From Perkinsus chesapeaki ATCC PRA-425 (Eukaryota > Protista > Perkinsozoa): a stretch of DNA of 34,096 bases. Made by a program: the position numbers and the translations under genes. The DNA is taken from contig JAAPAO010000385.1 in the NCBI GenBank assembly GCA_013115145.1, positions 1 through 34,096 on the forward strand. Reading direction: 5' to 3'. Each line of letters opens with the position of its first letter. The stretch's first letter is position 1. A model generated the notes under the pieces. That model did no database searches. It saw only the letters and a list, made by a program, of their open reading frames with translations, and was not told where the DNA came from. Shown here piece after piece: positions 1 to 10,675 of the stretch.

Positions 1-777
1 GCAAAATACGCAATGCACAACTAAGCAGGCACAGACTCTCCCTGCACTACGCTTATTTACTCTACACACAACATGTGGTGCTCCGCACAAACGAGTCAAG
101 TATGGATTTCATCCGCCGAAAGTCCGCATTTCGGTTCGATCGCCCTATGGTTTCGGCGGGAGGCTCTTCGATGTTGATCACCGGGTCCGCAGTGGCTATG
201 CGAATCACTGCGGTGTGACCCGACTATTTGTACTGCGCATCGAGCTACGTATACGATCTATAGCTATAGGAAACGTGCGTACAACCCCCGAGTTTTTGCC
301 TCGTGCATTGTATCTATCCATACCTACTGCTCGTGGAATGGTGATATCGTATCTACGCGACTGTTAGCTATCTCGAAAGCATCCGCAGGTTGTACTCGAG
401 GCTCCAATGACAAATAACCAAGGTATATGAACTACAACATTTCCCGGTCATGTGCGATATCTCGTTAAGGATAGCGTAGCTGTAACACAACAGTTATAGA
501 TTGGGCTCATAGTTAACGAGAAAGGGATAAAGAGAGTGAGTAACGGGTAGAATATCACAAAGAAAGCTAGTAATGCCATGGTACGACAATTGTGCCATAG
601 ACAGGAACTGCGTGAGACTCACACTGCGAATTACATAGTGCACGTGTTACCGACATACGCACTGTCATTTTAAATAACAGTCCGAGGAAATAACTCATTT
701 CCGAGGGAACGCAAGCAAATACCAGGTGCTTCACAATTATCTCCAACCAGTACGCATTTGCCCTATTCGGTCATCTG

Positions 778-878
778 CAATATCTGACGAATACAGTCAT
801 ACTAATATCCGTTCAATTCTTGCACCACAAATATCCGACTATCATTCAAATATCCGATAGCATGCTTTCAAATATCCG
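778..878 (+). repeat. Short dispersed array of an AATATCCG motif (4 exact copies plus 1 degenerate)
   Basis: AATATCTG at ~779, then AATATCCG at 804, 830, 849 and 871; the last two extend to TTCAAATATCCG. Spacing 19-26 bp, all in one orientation, no credible ORF. Confidence 0.5.
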
Positions 879-1540
879 CAAAAACGGACATTTGACGGAT
901 TCCTTTCAATCCAAGAGAGTTTTCTGCGCCGAAATCATTTATCCAAGACAGCCCGTGTCACACAGGCAAGAAATTTCGGTGCGATCACCGCAGACCACTT
1001 AACCTCATGTCAGACTACACAGCTCCGGGGCTCGATACAATCCACACATAACACATGCTAATGACCAAGTTATGGAAATAACAGAAAGGTGTAACTCCTG
1101 AGATCATTTCAGGAGTTTGATGCCTTTGAGGTTGCAGGTTGAGGTTCCATCGAGTCTATGCAGTATCTTCATTTCCGTTACGAAGACCTGGATTTATGCT
1201 CGTTTGCGATCACCGTTATAATCGTTACGCGTTAGTTTGGAAGCCTCACTCATGCCGTAGGATGTCGTGAGATCTACTGTCAAGAATGATAGTTTATTAT
1301 TGTTCAGAACTGTGTGTGATGGACGGATCATGCCAACACCTTTTGCCCGCTTAGTGGACTCGTAGCGAAGGCTAGGTTCATCTAACGCAACAGGGAGTAG
1401 TTCCGATAGCTTTAGAATTGAGTAGCTTTTCTTATCCTTATATCGGCGTTGATGTTAGGCGCCAATAGAACTGATGATTTAGCCGCCTCGTGGTGGGAGG
1501 TGGGCTCAACAATGATAGACTAGACTAGGCTCTACAAGAA

Positions 1541-1562
1541 GAACAGAATCTGCTCAGCAGAA
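1541..1562. other. Degenerate +14 inverted-target scar (12/14 match)
   Basis: G AACAGA A TCTGCT C AGCAGA A: one mismatch in the first hexamer and one apex mismatch versus T[1-7]+rc(T)+T[2-8]. Confidence 0.35.
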
Positions 1563-1639
1563 TAATATTCAATGACTCTTCACTTGAAAGTTTCAATAAC
1601 AATTGCTGGGTAACCAAGATGAGAAGTTTCGCTATGCTT

Positions 1640-3852
1640 TTAGCGTAGCTTATTGCCAACAAAGTCAGACATTGCCTTTTGCACACTTGCTGGGGAGTCT
1701 CGGGCTGCCGAGTGGCCAGCGGCGTAAACCTAGGAATTTGATATATGAGCTGCGTAGAGTTCATAAGTCTCAGTTTCATCATCACCTGCAAGAAACTTAG
1801 CTGCCCACCGCCAGGTCTTAGCGTGAACGTCTTTAGCTTCCCAACTTGCTCACCACCAGGGAGCTGAAGACACAACTAATTCATGATCGGAATCTGATAC
1901 GCACCTCAAATGGCATCGTTTTGGCGCTCTTGTAACCAGCTAGGCCGTCCCATTTGAGATTAAGGAGCCAGGCTCGATTGCCAATCCAATTAGCACTATA
2001 ATCCTGATCTCCGGCAAAAACGAAGACCTAATCGGGCCATGTATAAAAGCTTAGCTTGCAGTTGGCTTTACCCTTTTGCCTGCATTTAGAGCAGGAATTA
2101 GAAGACTATTATACCTTCTTGCGATGTCTGTGAGAAACCCATGATTAACCTAAAACTCGAGAAGTACTGTATACCAGAGGCATCAATGGAACGTGTCTTT
2201 CCCCTGTGGTCCCAGAATATACTACGGTAAGTGACTACCCGACAGTTCGAGAATTTCCAGTAACATGAGCCCAAAAAATTTGGAATAGTCCCGAGGAAGT
2301 CGCGAGGAACCATCGAATGTGTTAACCAGCTTTGACCAGTAATCCTCATCATTGCAGCTTTCCGACTTACTGCGAGGTTTGTGACGGTCCACTTGGCTGA
2401 CACACCGAGGTACTGTTGTACATCGGGGGTGTTGAAATATTTTTCGAACTGAGAGCAAGAAGAAACTCAAAAGAGCAAGGCTCTGCTCTCCGAAAGCTGC
2501 AAATTGCAACTCGAATCGAGAGAATCATATAGAACTACGGAACTATGTATGTGATAGTCTCGCTGCACTCACGCTTGAATAGTCGTAGCATTCCGATGGA
2601 CGGCAGGATCTCCTCAAATCAAACCTAATCATTTAGGCCACTAAAGTCCAAGGAGTGGATATTTTACTCATCTCTTCCAGCTGCCACGATAGGATCGACC
2701 AATAATTGCGTACATGTAGAGTATGCCGTTAGACAAGATGCGTGCCCCTGAGGGTTCTTGTTACATGTAGCAACCAAGGGTAGGCAGGTTTTCAAGCCTG
2801 CTTTCATCTTGTTGTATCTGAATGAGCGCTACTTGTCGTAGCCTACAATCGTTAGAGCCGGCCAGCGGATCTCACGTGGCTTCCGAAACGACCGATGGAG
2901 CAGTACCACTCTTGAAGGCCATATCCGGATCGTTACCATAACTAAACAGGATTACCAATTACTATGAGGGATATGCAGCAAAGGCAGTATGACTGGAAGT
3001 CGGGGGCGATGAAAGGGTTTCCCAAGGCGATCCCTTCAACATTGATCTTCGACTTCTGGTTCATCAACTCGACCAATATAGCCGGCACGTAATGCCCTGA
3101 AGTGAGAGTTCTCTCTCAACGGAAAGGTAGCGTCATACCGGCGAATGATTGTCCGGCTAGGAACACTTCAGTGTTGTACTCAGGGTGGGCCGAGAAGAAT
3201 GCTTCCAATACTTTGGCCCTTAGATGATAAAGTTATACATTTTCCCAAGGCTGGCTTTACGTAGACTTGCCGGCTTCCATAGAGTTGGTCGGCGGTGTGC
3301 CTTTGCTGAACCCCACAGATGCGGGTTGGTCGATGTACATCACGTTGGCAAAGGTGTTCCAGGAATATCTGAGTAAAGCTGCTTGATGCTCAACGATGTC
3401 ATAACATACTCACTGGTTGACGGATGTCGAAGTACCATCCTCATTGAGTATACATGGGCCGCCGTTACCGGAGACGGCAGATAGCATGCTACTGGCTCCA
3501 GGTCCTCCTTGAAAGTATACTAGAGTAGGACTAGTTGTAGGATTAGTACGAGACTCAAAAAACCAATAAAACAGTCTGAAATGGGAGTAAGAAGGATCAA
3601 GGCTTCCGATCTCACTTGACATTTCCTTCTCCATCCAAGTACCCATGGAGCTGACGGACTCCACCGTCGCAGATTCCATTCGCTGGATCGGGAGGGCTAG
3701 TTTGACGAAGCTTACTGAAGGCCGTTCCGTTGTGAGCTGAAATGAATAGCGATACTCCCAAGCTTTACAGGACACTCACGTCCGCTGGTCGCCAGAGATG
3801 TCCCCGAATGATCACCTAGGGCTACCAGTAAAGGAAAAGCGAGTAGAATCAT
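1640..3852 (-). CDS. Serine carboxypeptidase, peptidase family S10 (multi-exon, signal peptide)
   Basis: Hand-spliced exons give MILLAFPLLVALG (signal-like), CDGGVRQLHGYL, LFYWFFESRTNP, FQGGPGASS, YSWNTFANVMYIDQPASVGFS, GQSFAG|HYVP (nucleophile Ser), INVEGIALGNP, FAGDQDYSANWIGN (Asp), LSFLQ|VYAAGHSAARDSP (His). ATG at 3852, TAA at 1640-1642. About 10 or more short GT-AG introns; the middle exons (2050-2600) are less certain. Confidence 0.9.
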
Positions 3853-4127
3853 GATACTCTAGCAAACTGTGAGGCTATGTCTGTTACATCAGGTCACACC
3901 GTTCAGTGAAATATCAGCAAACTGCCAAGTTGGAAAAGCCAAGTATAACAGTCTCGCACTCGAGGAGGTGAGCAGCTCTAATGGACTAGGAATTGTAGTG
4001 TTAGACCAAACCTTCCCGGTGGTAACTTCAACTTGCTCCTTAGAAAATGGGAGTGGCGGCAACTAATGCGAAAGTATATATCAGGGGAAACTCCTATACA
4101 TACTCTAGTATGTATCTTAGTATTAGA

Positions 4128-4164
4128 ACTGTGACTTACAGTCTGTGAGGCTCACAGTGTGAGC
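4128..4164. other. Two stacked +14 inverted-target scars (targets ACTGTGAG and CTGTGAGC, offset by 1 bp)
   Basis: 4128-4149 = ACTGTGA C TTACAG T CTGTGA G (13/14, one C>T). 4143-4164 = CTGTGAG G CTCACA G TGTGAG C (14/14). Confidence 0.85.
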
Positions 4165-4941
4165 CATCGCAGAGTGGTCTTACCCAAGTAAGCGTCATCT
4201 CGTACACTGAATGCAGAGCAAACATGGCGCGGTGCTGCGCCGCTGCCGCAGGATGCCGTGGAGCTGTTAAGAGTTGTCTGACTACTTGACTATACGGAGT
4301 TGAACAAAGTTTCTTGCTCCAACTCCTTTTTTCTAGCTCTCTACTCGCGAGGATTAAACCTCCGGACTTTGAGTTCTCTCAGGGTGCGTTGCTGTCATCG
4401 CCTTGACTCTGAGGTTGTGTGGAAAGGAGAAAAACTTGGTGCACAGTATGACTGTCGCACGATGCTTGCCCAGGCGTTAAAAATAACTGGCTTCGCCAAG
4501 GCTTCGGTTAAATGGGAGAAAGTGTCTAAGAAAACGAGTTAATTGGCGCTGGTGGGTAATTCTCATCCAATGCTAGCTACACCGATTGCCGCTGACCTGC
4601 CCACCGTGGGTAGCCCAGCTGTAGCACGTCAGGAGGCCCACGTGCGCCATATCGTCCTGCTGCCTGTAGCGTCGACAGTTGGACAACTTTTCGAAAGGAT
4701 CCTAACCGCGGTGAAGCCGTGCATTTCCTCTAGCGAGTAAATCTCAGTATGAGTACAGATAAAGGTGTTGGCGGCAAACCCATGCAGTTATCACGTTCCA
4801 TTATTTTGCAGTGTGTGCGCCGAAGATGGCGCGAAAACTTCTGTTCGCTAAAGAGAGCAAGAGGTAGCAAATCTGATTTGAGTGAGCTGCAACGGCCTGA
4901 CGGGCCCTGATATATGCGAGTATCACAAAATTTTGTGTGTA

Positions 4942-4963
4942 GCGTGAATTTCACGGCGTGAGA
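4942..4963. other. Degenerate +14 inverted-target scar (12/14 match)
   Basis: G CGTGAA T TTCACG G CGTGAG A: one hexamer mismatch and one apex mismatch. Confidence 0.4.
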
Positions 4964-6191
4964 TAGCGATCATTAACAATATTTTTTTTCGAGGAGCACC
5001 ACTGCTATTTGGGCTAGGACAAACTTATTGTTGACATCGGTGAATCCCGCTAGCCCTGGCGCTGTGCGGCTTGATCACAAACTGAGTGATGCAAACAAAT
5101 GCAATGCAGTCTTGATGCCGTCGGCTTCTGACTTGTGAAGTAGCGTGAAGTTTATCCCACTATAGGGCGGTAGCCGCCTAATTCTTTTCAACTAGATTTC
5201 GTTGAGGTGTCAGTGTCGCCTGCCATGCCAGGTTAACACCTTTGTAGTCCTATGACTATTGTGATGTACAGTGGCAGCACATTGGCACACGATGGGAAAG
5301 CGGTGCGTTATCTGATGACTCAAACCGGGGGAAAAGTCCCCCACCCCTCGGGAAAAAACAGTGGTATGCCCATTAAGACCGTGTTCATTACAGCTTCGAT
5401 GTCCTTCGGTAATCCAACCGCGATGCAGACAAGAACAAAAGACTCTCTGGAAGAGAGTGGTGAAAACCAACATCGTGGCCATCCGTCACCTGTGAAGTTG
5501 ACAGCCTCGATATGCTGGGTTCAGCAGTTGATTGGTCTGTACTGTCTACTTTTGTGAATGACTTATGAGTCATTGTGATGTCGGCTTCGTATTAATCATT
5601 TACATAATTAATTACGTTATTATTGTAGCTGTTATTATCTTCCATCCTTCGTAAGATAGACGGTGTTTTGTTATAAGTCCTATTAATCATCAAACCGTCA
5701 TATCAACGACGATCTTTGGAAGCGCTCCTGCAGCTGAAACAAAGGATGCCCTTGAGAGGCAGCAAAATGCCTTTACAAAGACATGCTTGAGATCCCTCAC
5801 ATTTGATGCGGATGCCGTGACCGCCGAATTACTCAGGTAATCACGTGTTGGAGTCAAGCCGTCAACCATGGTCCCCGAGGAAGCGAGGGACCACTATCTC
5901 CGACCCTCAGATGTTCGGTAAGGGCGTGTGTTCGGTTGGGGTGTACTTCAGGACATAACGTATCGGATACGCCTTGTGATTATTTAATAACCGATTCCTA
6001 TTTTTCTGCCAGGTATCGGCGATCTGCTCTTGAAATACCTTGACTGCATAGAAAGATCCCTCAGTATGTGGGCAGACGTCATACCTAATACAGGGATGCC
6101 CCCTGATGAGCGCCCGTTCAATTAAATGATGGCTGTATGAGTGTAAATCATTACTCGCGAAGTAGTTCCCTCACGTCCCGCTCTCGGCGCG

Positions 6192-6213
6192 TTCGCACCG
6201 TGCGAATCGCACG
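6192..6213. other. Perfect +14 inverted-target scar, target TTCGCACG
   Basis: TTCGCAC + CGTGCGAA (reverse complement of TTCGCACG) + TCGCACG; 14/14 constrained positions. Confidence 0.9.
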
Positions 6214-6982
6214 CCACTTCTGTCCCGCCAGGGATGTAGGAGGTCGATAGTCCAAACAGACGGTTTCAGGAAACTAGACGTCAGAATCCGAGGAGCTCCT
6301 TTGGTCCGTGCTGGAGAACTGCCCATTGCTCGTCTTGACGGCACAACGGCTTAACAGCCCACAGTCGGACGAAGACAGAAGTCCGGCAGTGAATTTGGTT
6401 TACTTAGGCCATCAAGCGGTCATGATGCAGCCGACTTTGACCGGTCTTGGACCCTAACTGACTTGCACAAAAGGACCATTTCCTCGCTTGAGAGAAAGGA
6501 ACAAAGTGGAACTCTCAGCGGCAAAGTGGCCTGTTTGCACTCTCGTCCTGACTTCTCAGCTTGCTTCGAGTTAAGCTCATTAGTTCACGCTTAACTTTCC
6601 TACTATCAAAGTGTGAGCAATCAATGGCGCGATGTCATATGCCTACGTCCAGGTATTCATAATTAAGACAAAAGATTCTCTTACCGAACTGACGCTTCGA
6701 TGTAGTCTACAGGTTCGCATTCAATATGCGTTATTGTAACAACAGTTTTTACACTCTTATACCGTCATATATATGCATCCGCTTGGGGGAGTAATGCCGA
6801 GAGCCTCCGCTATAGGTTCCAGCGATTCCTGGTTCTCATTCCTTTCTGGACAGCTCTCTCTCGTGATAAGGGAGTCTGCCTGAAACTATCAGTTTCAACC
6901 GCTCCTTTTTGAGTCTTCTGGGCCAAGAAAAAGTCGACCCTCCATGATTGAGGAGCGTAGCCAAACTAATATTTATTGTACG

Positions 6983-7004
6983 GTTTCAGCCTGAAACTTT
7001 CAGG
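6983..7004. other. Perfect +14 inverted-target scar, target GTTTCAGG (spans a putative splice acceptor)
   Basis: GTTTCAG + CCTGAAAC + TTTCAGG; 14/14. It duplicates the TTTCAG acceptor-like motif 14 nt apart. Confidence 0.9.
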
Positions 7005-7563
7005 TAAAGAGCTCAATCCTGGAGAAATTGAGGAAATCTTCCAATCAAACTGCTTGTACATTGAATGTAAGGGAGAATAAGCTATGCGGCCGGCGATTGC
7101 TAGTCGCGTGGAATCGGGGCTTAAGATGTCAAGATGCAACATGACGCAGCGAGAGTTGATCGACATCTCAAGAAAGATGAAAGTAAGTGTAAACAATCTA
7201 TGCCATTTAAAACAAGTGATAGGCTACTTGGCTCCCTCATTGCGTGGCGGTAGCTTGCATCATCAGGAGTTGGATAAATCCGATGCTGACGGCTCGGGCA
7301 ACATCGATCGTGATGAGCTAAGACGTCTTCTTGAGACACTTGGAGAGGAGCTGACTGAAGACGATTTAGAGATGGCATTCGAGGAGCTCGATGAGGATGG
7401 AAGTGGGGAAGTTGAGTTCTTTGAATTTGTGAGTATTCATCGCCTGTACCTTAGAGCATAATTTAGTTAGGTAAAGTGGTTCACATTACCGGAAGATAGC
7501 GATGGCTCTGAGAACCAGGATGCGATCGATGATCTGTTATTGAGCTTAATGTTGCATGAGTGA
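7004..7563 (+). CDS. EF-hand (calmodulin/centrin-like lobe) Ca2+-binding protein, 3' exons; 5' end unresolved
   Basis: Exon 7267-7428 encodes two canonical EF loops (DADGSGNIDRDE and DEDGSGEVEFFE), flanked by CAG and GTGAGT. Last exon 7471-7563 encodes VKWFTLPEDSDGSENQDAIDDLLLSLMLHE*. Upstream exons around 7004-7193 are plausible, but their frame is ambiguous. Confidence 0.75.
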
Positions 7564-7878
7564 GAATCTACTGAACGAACGCACAATCGACTCGGACAGC
7601 TCGGAGCTGGATGGTGACCACCGGGCCCGCAGATGCTTTCTCGGTCTGTATAAGTAGCATCGAGCTACTTATAGTAAACGTGTGTAGATGTCTCGACTCC
7701 TTGTATACGTTATGTGACGTACTGTGAACTGATATGATCATTTAACACGAAACTTTCGTATACAGAGACCGAACTGAATCTACTATGACTTGCAAGACGA
7801 CCATACTAAAAGAGGACGGATAAATCACCGACACCGCCATACTTGGTGCGGCAATGGGGATATCAACGTTGACGGAAA

Positions 7879-9138
7879 TCAGAATTGAAGTGAAGCACCG
7901 TAGATGCCCATCACCATCACCAAGGAAGCAACCGCCACCAGCAACATGAACAACAAAGTCTCCCATAAGGGTATTGAAATTTTACGGCGCCTTTTCAGCT
8001 TAACGTAACAAGCAATAGGAAAGAACACTGATAATTGGGTGACGCAGAAAGCACCAATGAGCCCTACTAGAACGTCTACCTTAGGGACAGCAATAGCAAT
8101 GCATCCCTCGAGAATGATGAGGAGAGTACGAGAAGCCATGAGGCATACTCTCAGTTGAAATGTGGACCAACGCCGTCTCTCAGAGATGGCAGACCAAGTC
8201 ATATCTACACGCTTTGCGGTAGGAGTGAATAAGACAAGAATATGTGACAATACGACGACGATAACTATAATGTTGATAAGCCATCCAAAGATCGTGAGAG
8301 GCTGATTGGGCGGCGAAATTGCGGCGAGGACGGTATCGGCACTTGCTAGCGATTGGCTGTAAGCAAGGTAACCAAGCTCCAAAGTAGAGGTATATAAGCA
8401 GAGACAGAAAAATATGGCTGTCGATAGTGCTTTAGGGAAGTCGCTAGGATTCGCCATACCATGGTATACAGTCGGAGTAACCGTGCTCAAGCCATAAGCG
8501 AAGAAGTAGGTGGCAAATACGGATATGAACTTTAATCCTTTCTGGGGCATAACCATAACCTCATTACTCACCCCATCTGTGGCAAGTTTGCTGATGCATG
8601 CAGCGATGATGACAATGACCATGACAGACGCCGACATCGCCCCCACAGCGGCAATACTGCCAACATGCTTCATATCTCTTATCAAAGCCAATGATATAGA
8701 AATCGCCGTCCAAATAGCAGTCCATATACGTCTACTGAGAACCTGCGTCAACGTTTCGGTTGTAGCTGCGAGTAGGAGAATCATGACGCTGCAAACCAGG
8801 ATGAGAGCAGTGTGAAGAATCACACCGAAATAGACAGAACCTCCAACACCAAAAGCGCTGCCGCCAGCGTCCTCATAGCACTTCACATCTCCACTTTCGT
8901 TACCTCTGACAAGACTTAGGGTTCGCCACAGAAGATGGTTATTATAAAAGATTATGAGTGAGGCAATGAAGAGACCGATAACGCTCCCAAGCCAACCCGC
9001 TTGAACAGCAGTCCCTGGCAGGGCTAGTATACCAACTCCAACGGCTGTCATCGCCAAGGTGCAGGCAGCCTTCATCCAACCTATACCACCCAAGACCACT
9101 CCATCGTCGACATTTCTACAAGATGCATCACGTGACAT
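7879..9138 (-). CDS. Transmembrane amino-acid transporter (Aa_trans/AAAP family), intronless, 419 aa
   Basis: TM1 motif TAVGVGILALP, QAGW.G.., YEDAG..AFG, FATYFFAY, L..LIGAF; about 11 hydrophobic segments; uninterrupted ORF. Confidence 0.9.
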   Translation of the reverse strand: MSRDASCRNVDDGVVLGGIGWMKAACTLAMTAVGVGILALPGTAVQAGWLGSVIGLFIASLIIFYNNHLLWRTLSLVRGNESGDVKCYEDAGGSAFGVGGSVYFGVILHTALILVCSVMILLLAATTETLTQVLSRRIWTAIWTAISISLALIRDMKHVGSIAAVGAMSASVMVIVIIAACISKLATDGVSNEVMVMPQKGLKFISVFATYFFAYGLSTVTPTVYHGMANPSDFPKALSTAIFFCLCLYTSTLELGYLAYSQSLASADTVLAAISPPNQPLTIFGWLINIIVIVVVLSHILVLFTPTAKRVDMTWSAISERRRWSTFQLRVCLMASRTLLIILEGCIAIAVPKVDVLVGLIGAFCVTQLSVFFPIACYVKLKRRRKISIPLWETLLFMLLVAVASLVMVMGIYGASLQF

Positions 9139-9415
9139 TTAATGAAGCAGAATCCTAGGAGGTTGAAAGCTCAGAACCCAAGCTGGACCCGCGTATAACG
9201 AAACAAGATTTGAGGTGGGAAAAGCGTGAAAAAGCCGAGATGCACGACCCTACAGCAGACCCTTGCCTCGGCAGAGACGGCGGAATCAAAAGTCTAATAT
9301 TCTAATGGTGACAAACGAATAAAACCGTTCTGGCTACCAGCCTAGACTGATGCAATAGTGTTATAACTATCGCTTATCGAGAGTTTGATAACTAGTCTAT
9401 CAGCGGCCACTATTC

Positions 9416-10675
9416 TCAGAGCAGTGCAACAATGGCACCGTATATCCCGATACCCATCGCTAAGAGAGCAAGCAGAAGTAATAGAATATACCACAGCACT
9501 TCAAGCTTTCCTATGGGGATGCCGGCCATCCTCTTCAGCTTGACATAGCAAGCAATTGGTATGATGAAGCATAGCTGTATGACACACAATGCACCAATCA
9601 GGTTTACCAACTTATCAACGCTTGGTATTGCTATACCGATAAGGGCTTGTAGAATAACAACACCACTCCGAGCAGCTAACGACCAGATACGAGATCTCCC
9701 CTTTATGCAACGGGCTCTGGAGAGAAGGTCATCCACGGCTAGTGCGGTGGGAGTAAACAGTACGAGGAAATGTGATGCTACTACGACTAAGACAACCAGA
9801 TTGATGACCCATCCTGATGGAGAAAGCCTCTCATTTGGAGGTGATATAGCCTGGACAATGGTGTCAGTTTGTAGTAGACTATTTCCATATGCTCCATACC
9901 CGAGCAACATGACTACGGCATACACTAGGACGCAGAAGATAGCAGCAATTGCGAGAGATACGGGGTAGCGTTTAGGCTCTTTCATGCTGAATGTAATAGT
10001 GGGAGTTGTGGCAGAAAAGCCGAAGGAGAAAATGAAGGTAGCGAAGTTGCTTAGGAGGTCTAGTGGGTCATTCGACATCACGCTGTAGTCCTTCGCCGGG
10101 CCACTTTCGATAAGTTGCTGAATGCAAGCAATAATTACCACTGCAACTAATACACAGACGGACAGGACGCCGATCGATGCTACAATACCGACACTTTTCA
10201 TTTTTCTTATCCATGAAAGAGGCAGGCATACTAAAGCCCAGACCATGATCCACAATCGAATATTCCATGTTTTAGTTAAGGCAACGGTAGTAGAAGCTAG
10301 TAGAACCAGTAAGACAGCGCAGATGGCTGTTAGGACCACATGCAATATTAAACCAAAGTATACCGATCCCCACCGGCCAAATGCAACAGAACCCATTTCT
10401 TCAAAGGTGGGCATGGCCGTAGTGCCAACACCTGTAGGGTTGAGGAAAAGAGCTTTCCATAACAGAAGACCAGCAATGAACGAAGCCAAGCCGGCCACGC
10501 AAAGTGTAATACAGCCTCCAACGAAGCCGGATTCAGCTGTTGCTCTTGGGAGAGCTAGGATGCCTATGCCTACTGCGGTCATAACGATGCTGCATGATGC
10601 CCTCATGACCGACACACCACCGTTACTAGCAGTCGAAATGCCTTTGCCAGTTTCTTCGAAAGGTGACGAGGACAT
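9416..10675 (-). CDS. Transmembrane amino-acid transporter (Aa_trans/AAAP family), intronless, 419 aa; tandem paralog
   Basis: TAVGIGILALP, FEEMG..AFG, FATFIFSF, L.NLIGAL; colinear with the 7879-9138 protein. Confidence 0.9.
   Translation of the reverse strand: MSSSPFEETGKGISTASNGGVSVMRASCSIVMTAVGIGILALPRATAESGFVGGCITLCVAGLASFIAGLLLWKALFLNPTGVGTTAMPTFEEMGSVAFGRWGSVYFGLILHVVLTAICAVLLVLLASTTVALTKTWNIRLWIMVWALVCLPLSWIRKMKSVGIVASIGVLSVCVLVAVVIIACIQQLIESGPAKDYSVMSNDPLDLLSNFATFIFSFGFSATTPTITFSMKEPKRYPVSLAIAAIFCVLVYAVVMLLGYGAYGNSLLQTDTIVQAISPPNERLSPSGWVINLVVLVVVASHFLVLFTPTALAVDDLLSRARCIKGRSRIWSLAARSGVVILQALIGIAIPSVDKLVNLIGALCVIQLCFIIPIACYVKLKRMAGIPIGKLEVLWYILLLLLALLAMGIGIYGAIVALL

Noticed and set aside
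131-150. GGTTCGAT T-loop-like motif (also GGTTCGAC near 30335)
   Set aside because: No T-stem pairing or cloverleaf; not a tRNA.
182-222. GC-rich hairpin CGGGTC-CGCAGTG...CACTGCG-GTGT-GACCCG
   Set aside because: Single imperfect stem with no recognisable RNA family or second copy; cannot be distinguished from chance by eye.
1965-1986. Two adjacent 5-bp odd-centred palindromes
   Set aside because: Inside an in-frame carboxypeptidase exon, do not fit the 22-bp geometry, and 5-6 bp arms are expected many times by chance.
4200-5560. Possible spliced minus-strand gene fragments (e.g. DPFEKLSNCRRYRQQDDMAHVGLLTCYSW; IPLFFPEGWGTFPP)
   Set aside because: No recognisable domain and no consistent exon chain could be built by hand.
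5700-6123. Possible plus-strand gene with a 7-nt micro-exon (5911-5917)
   Set aside because: Splice signals look plausible, but I could not join the exons into one open frame; needs RNA data.
7649-7673. 10-bp stem with a 5-nt loop between convergent genes, and 9-bp long-loop inverted repeats near 10860-11035
   Set aside because: Allowing variable loop lengths, several such stems are expected by chance; no supporting context.
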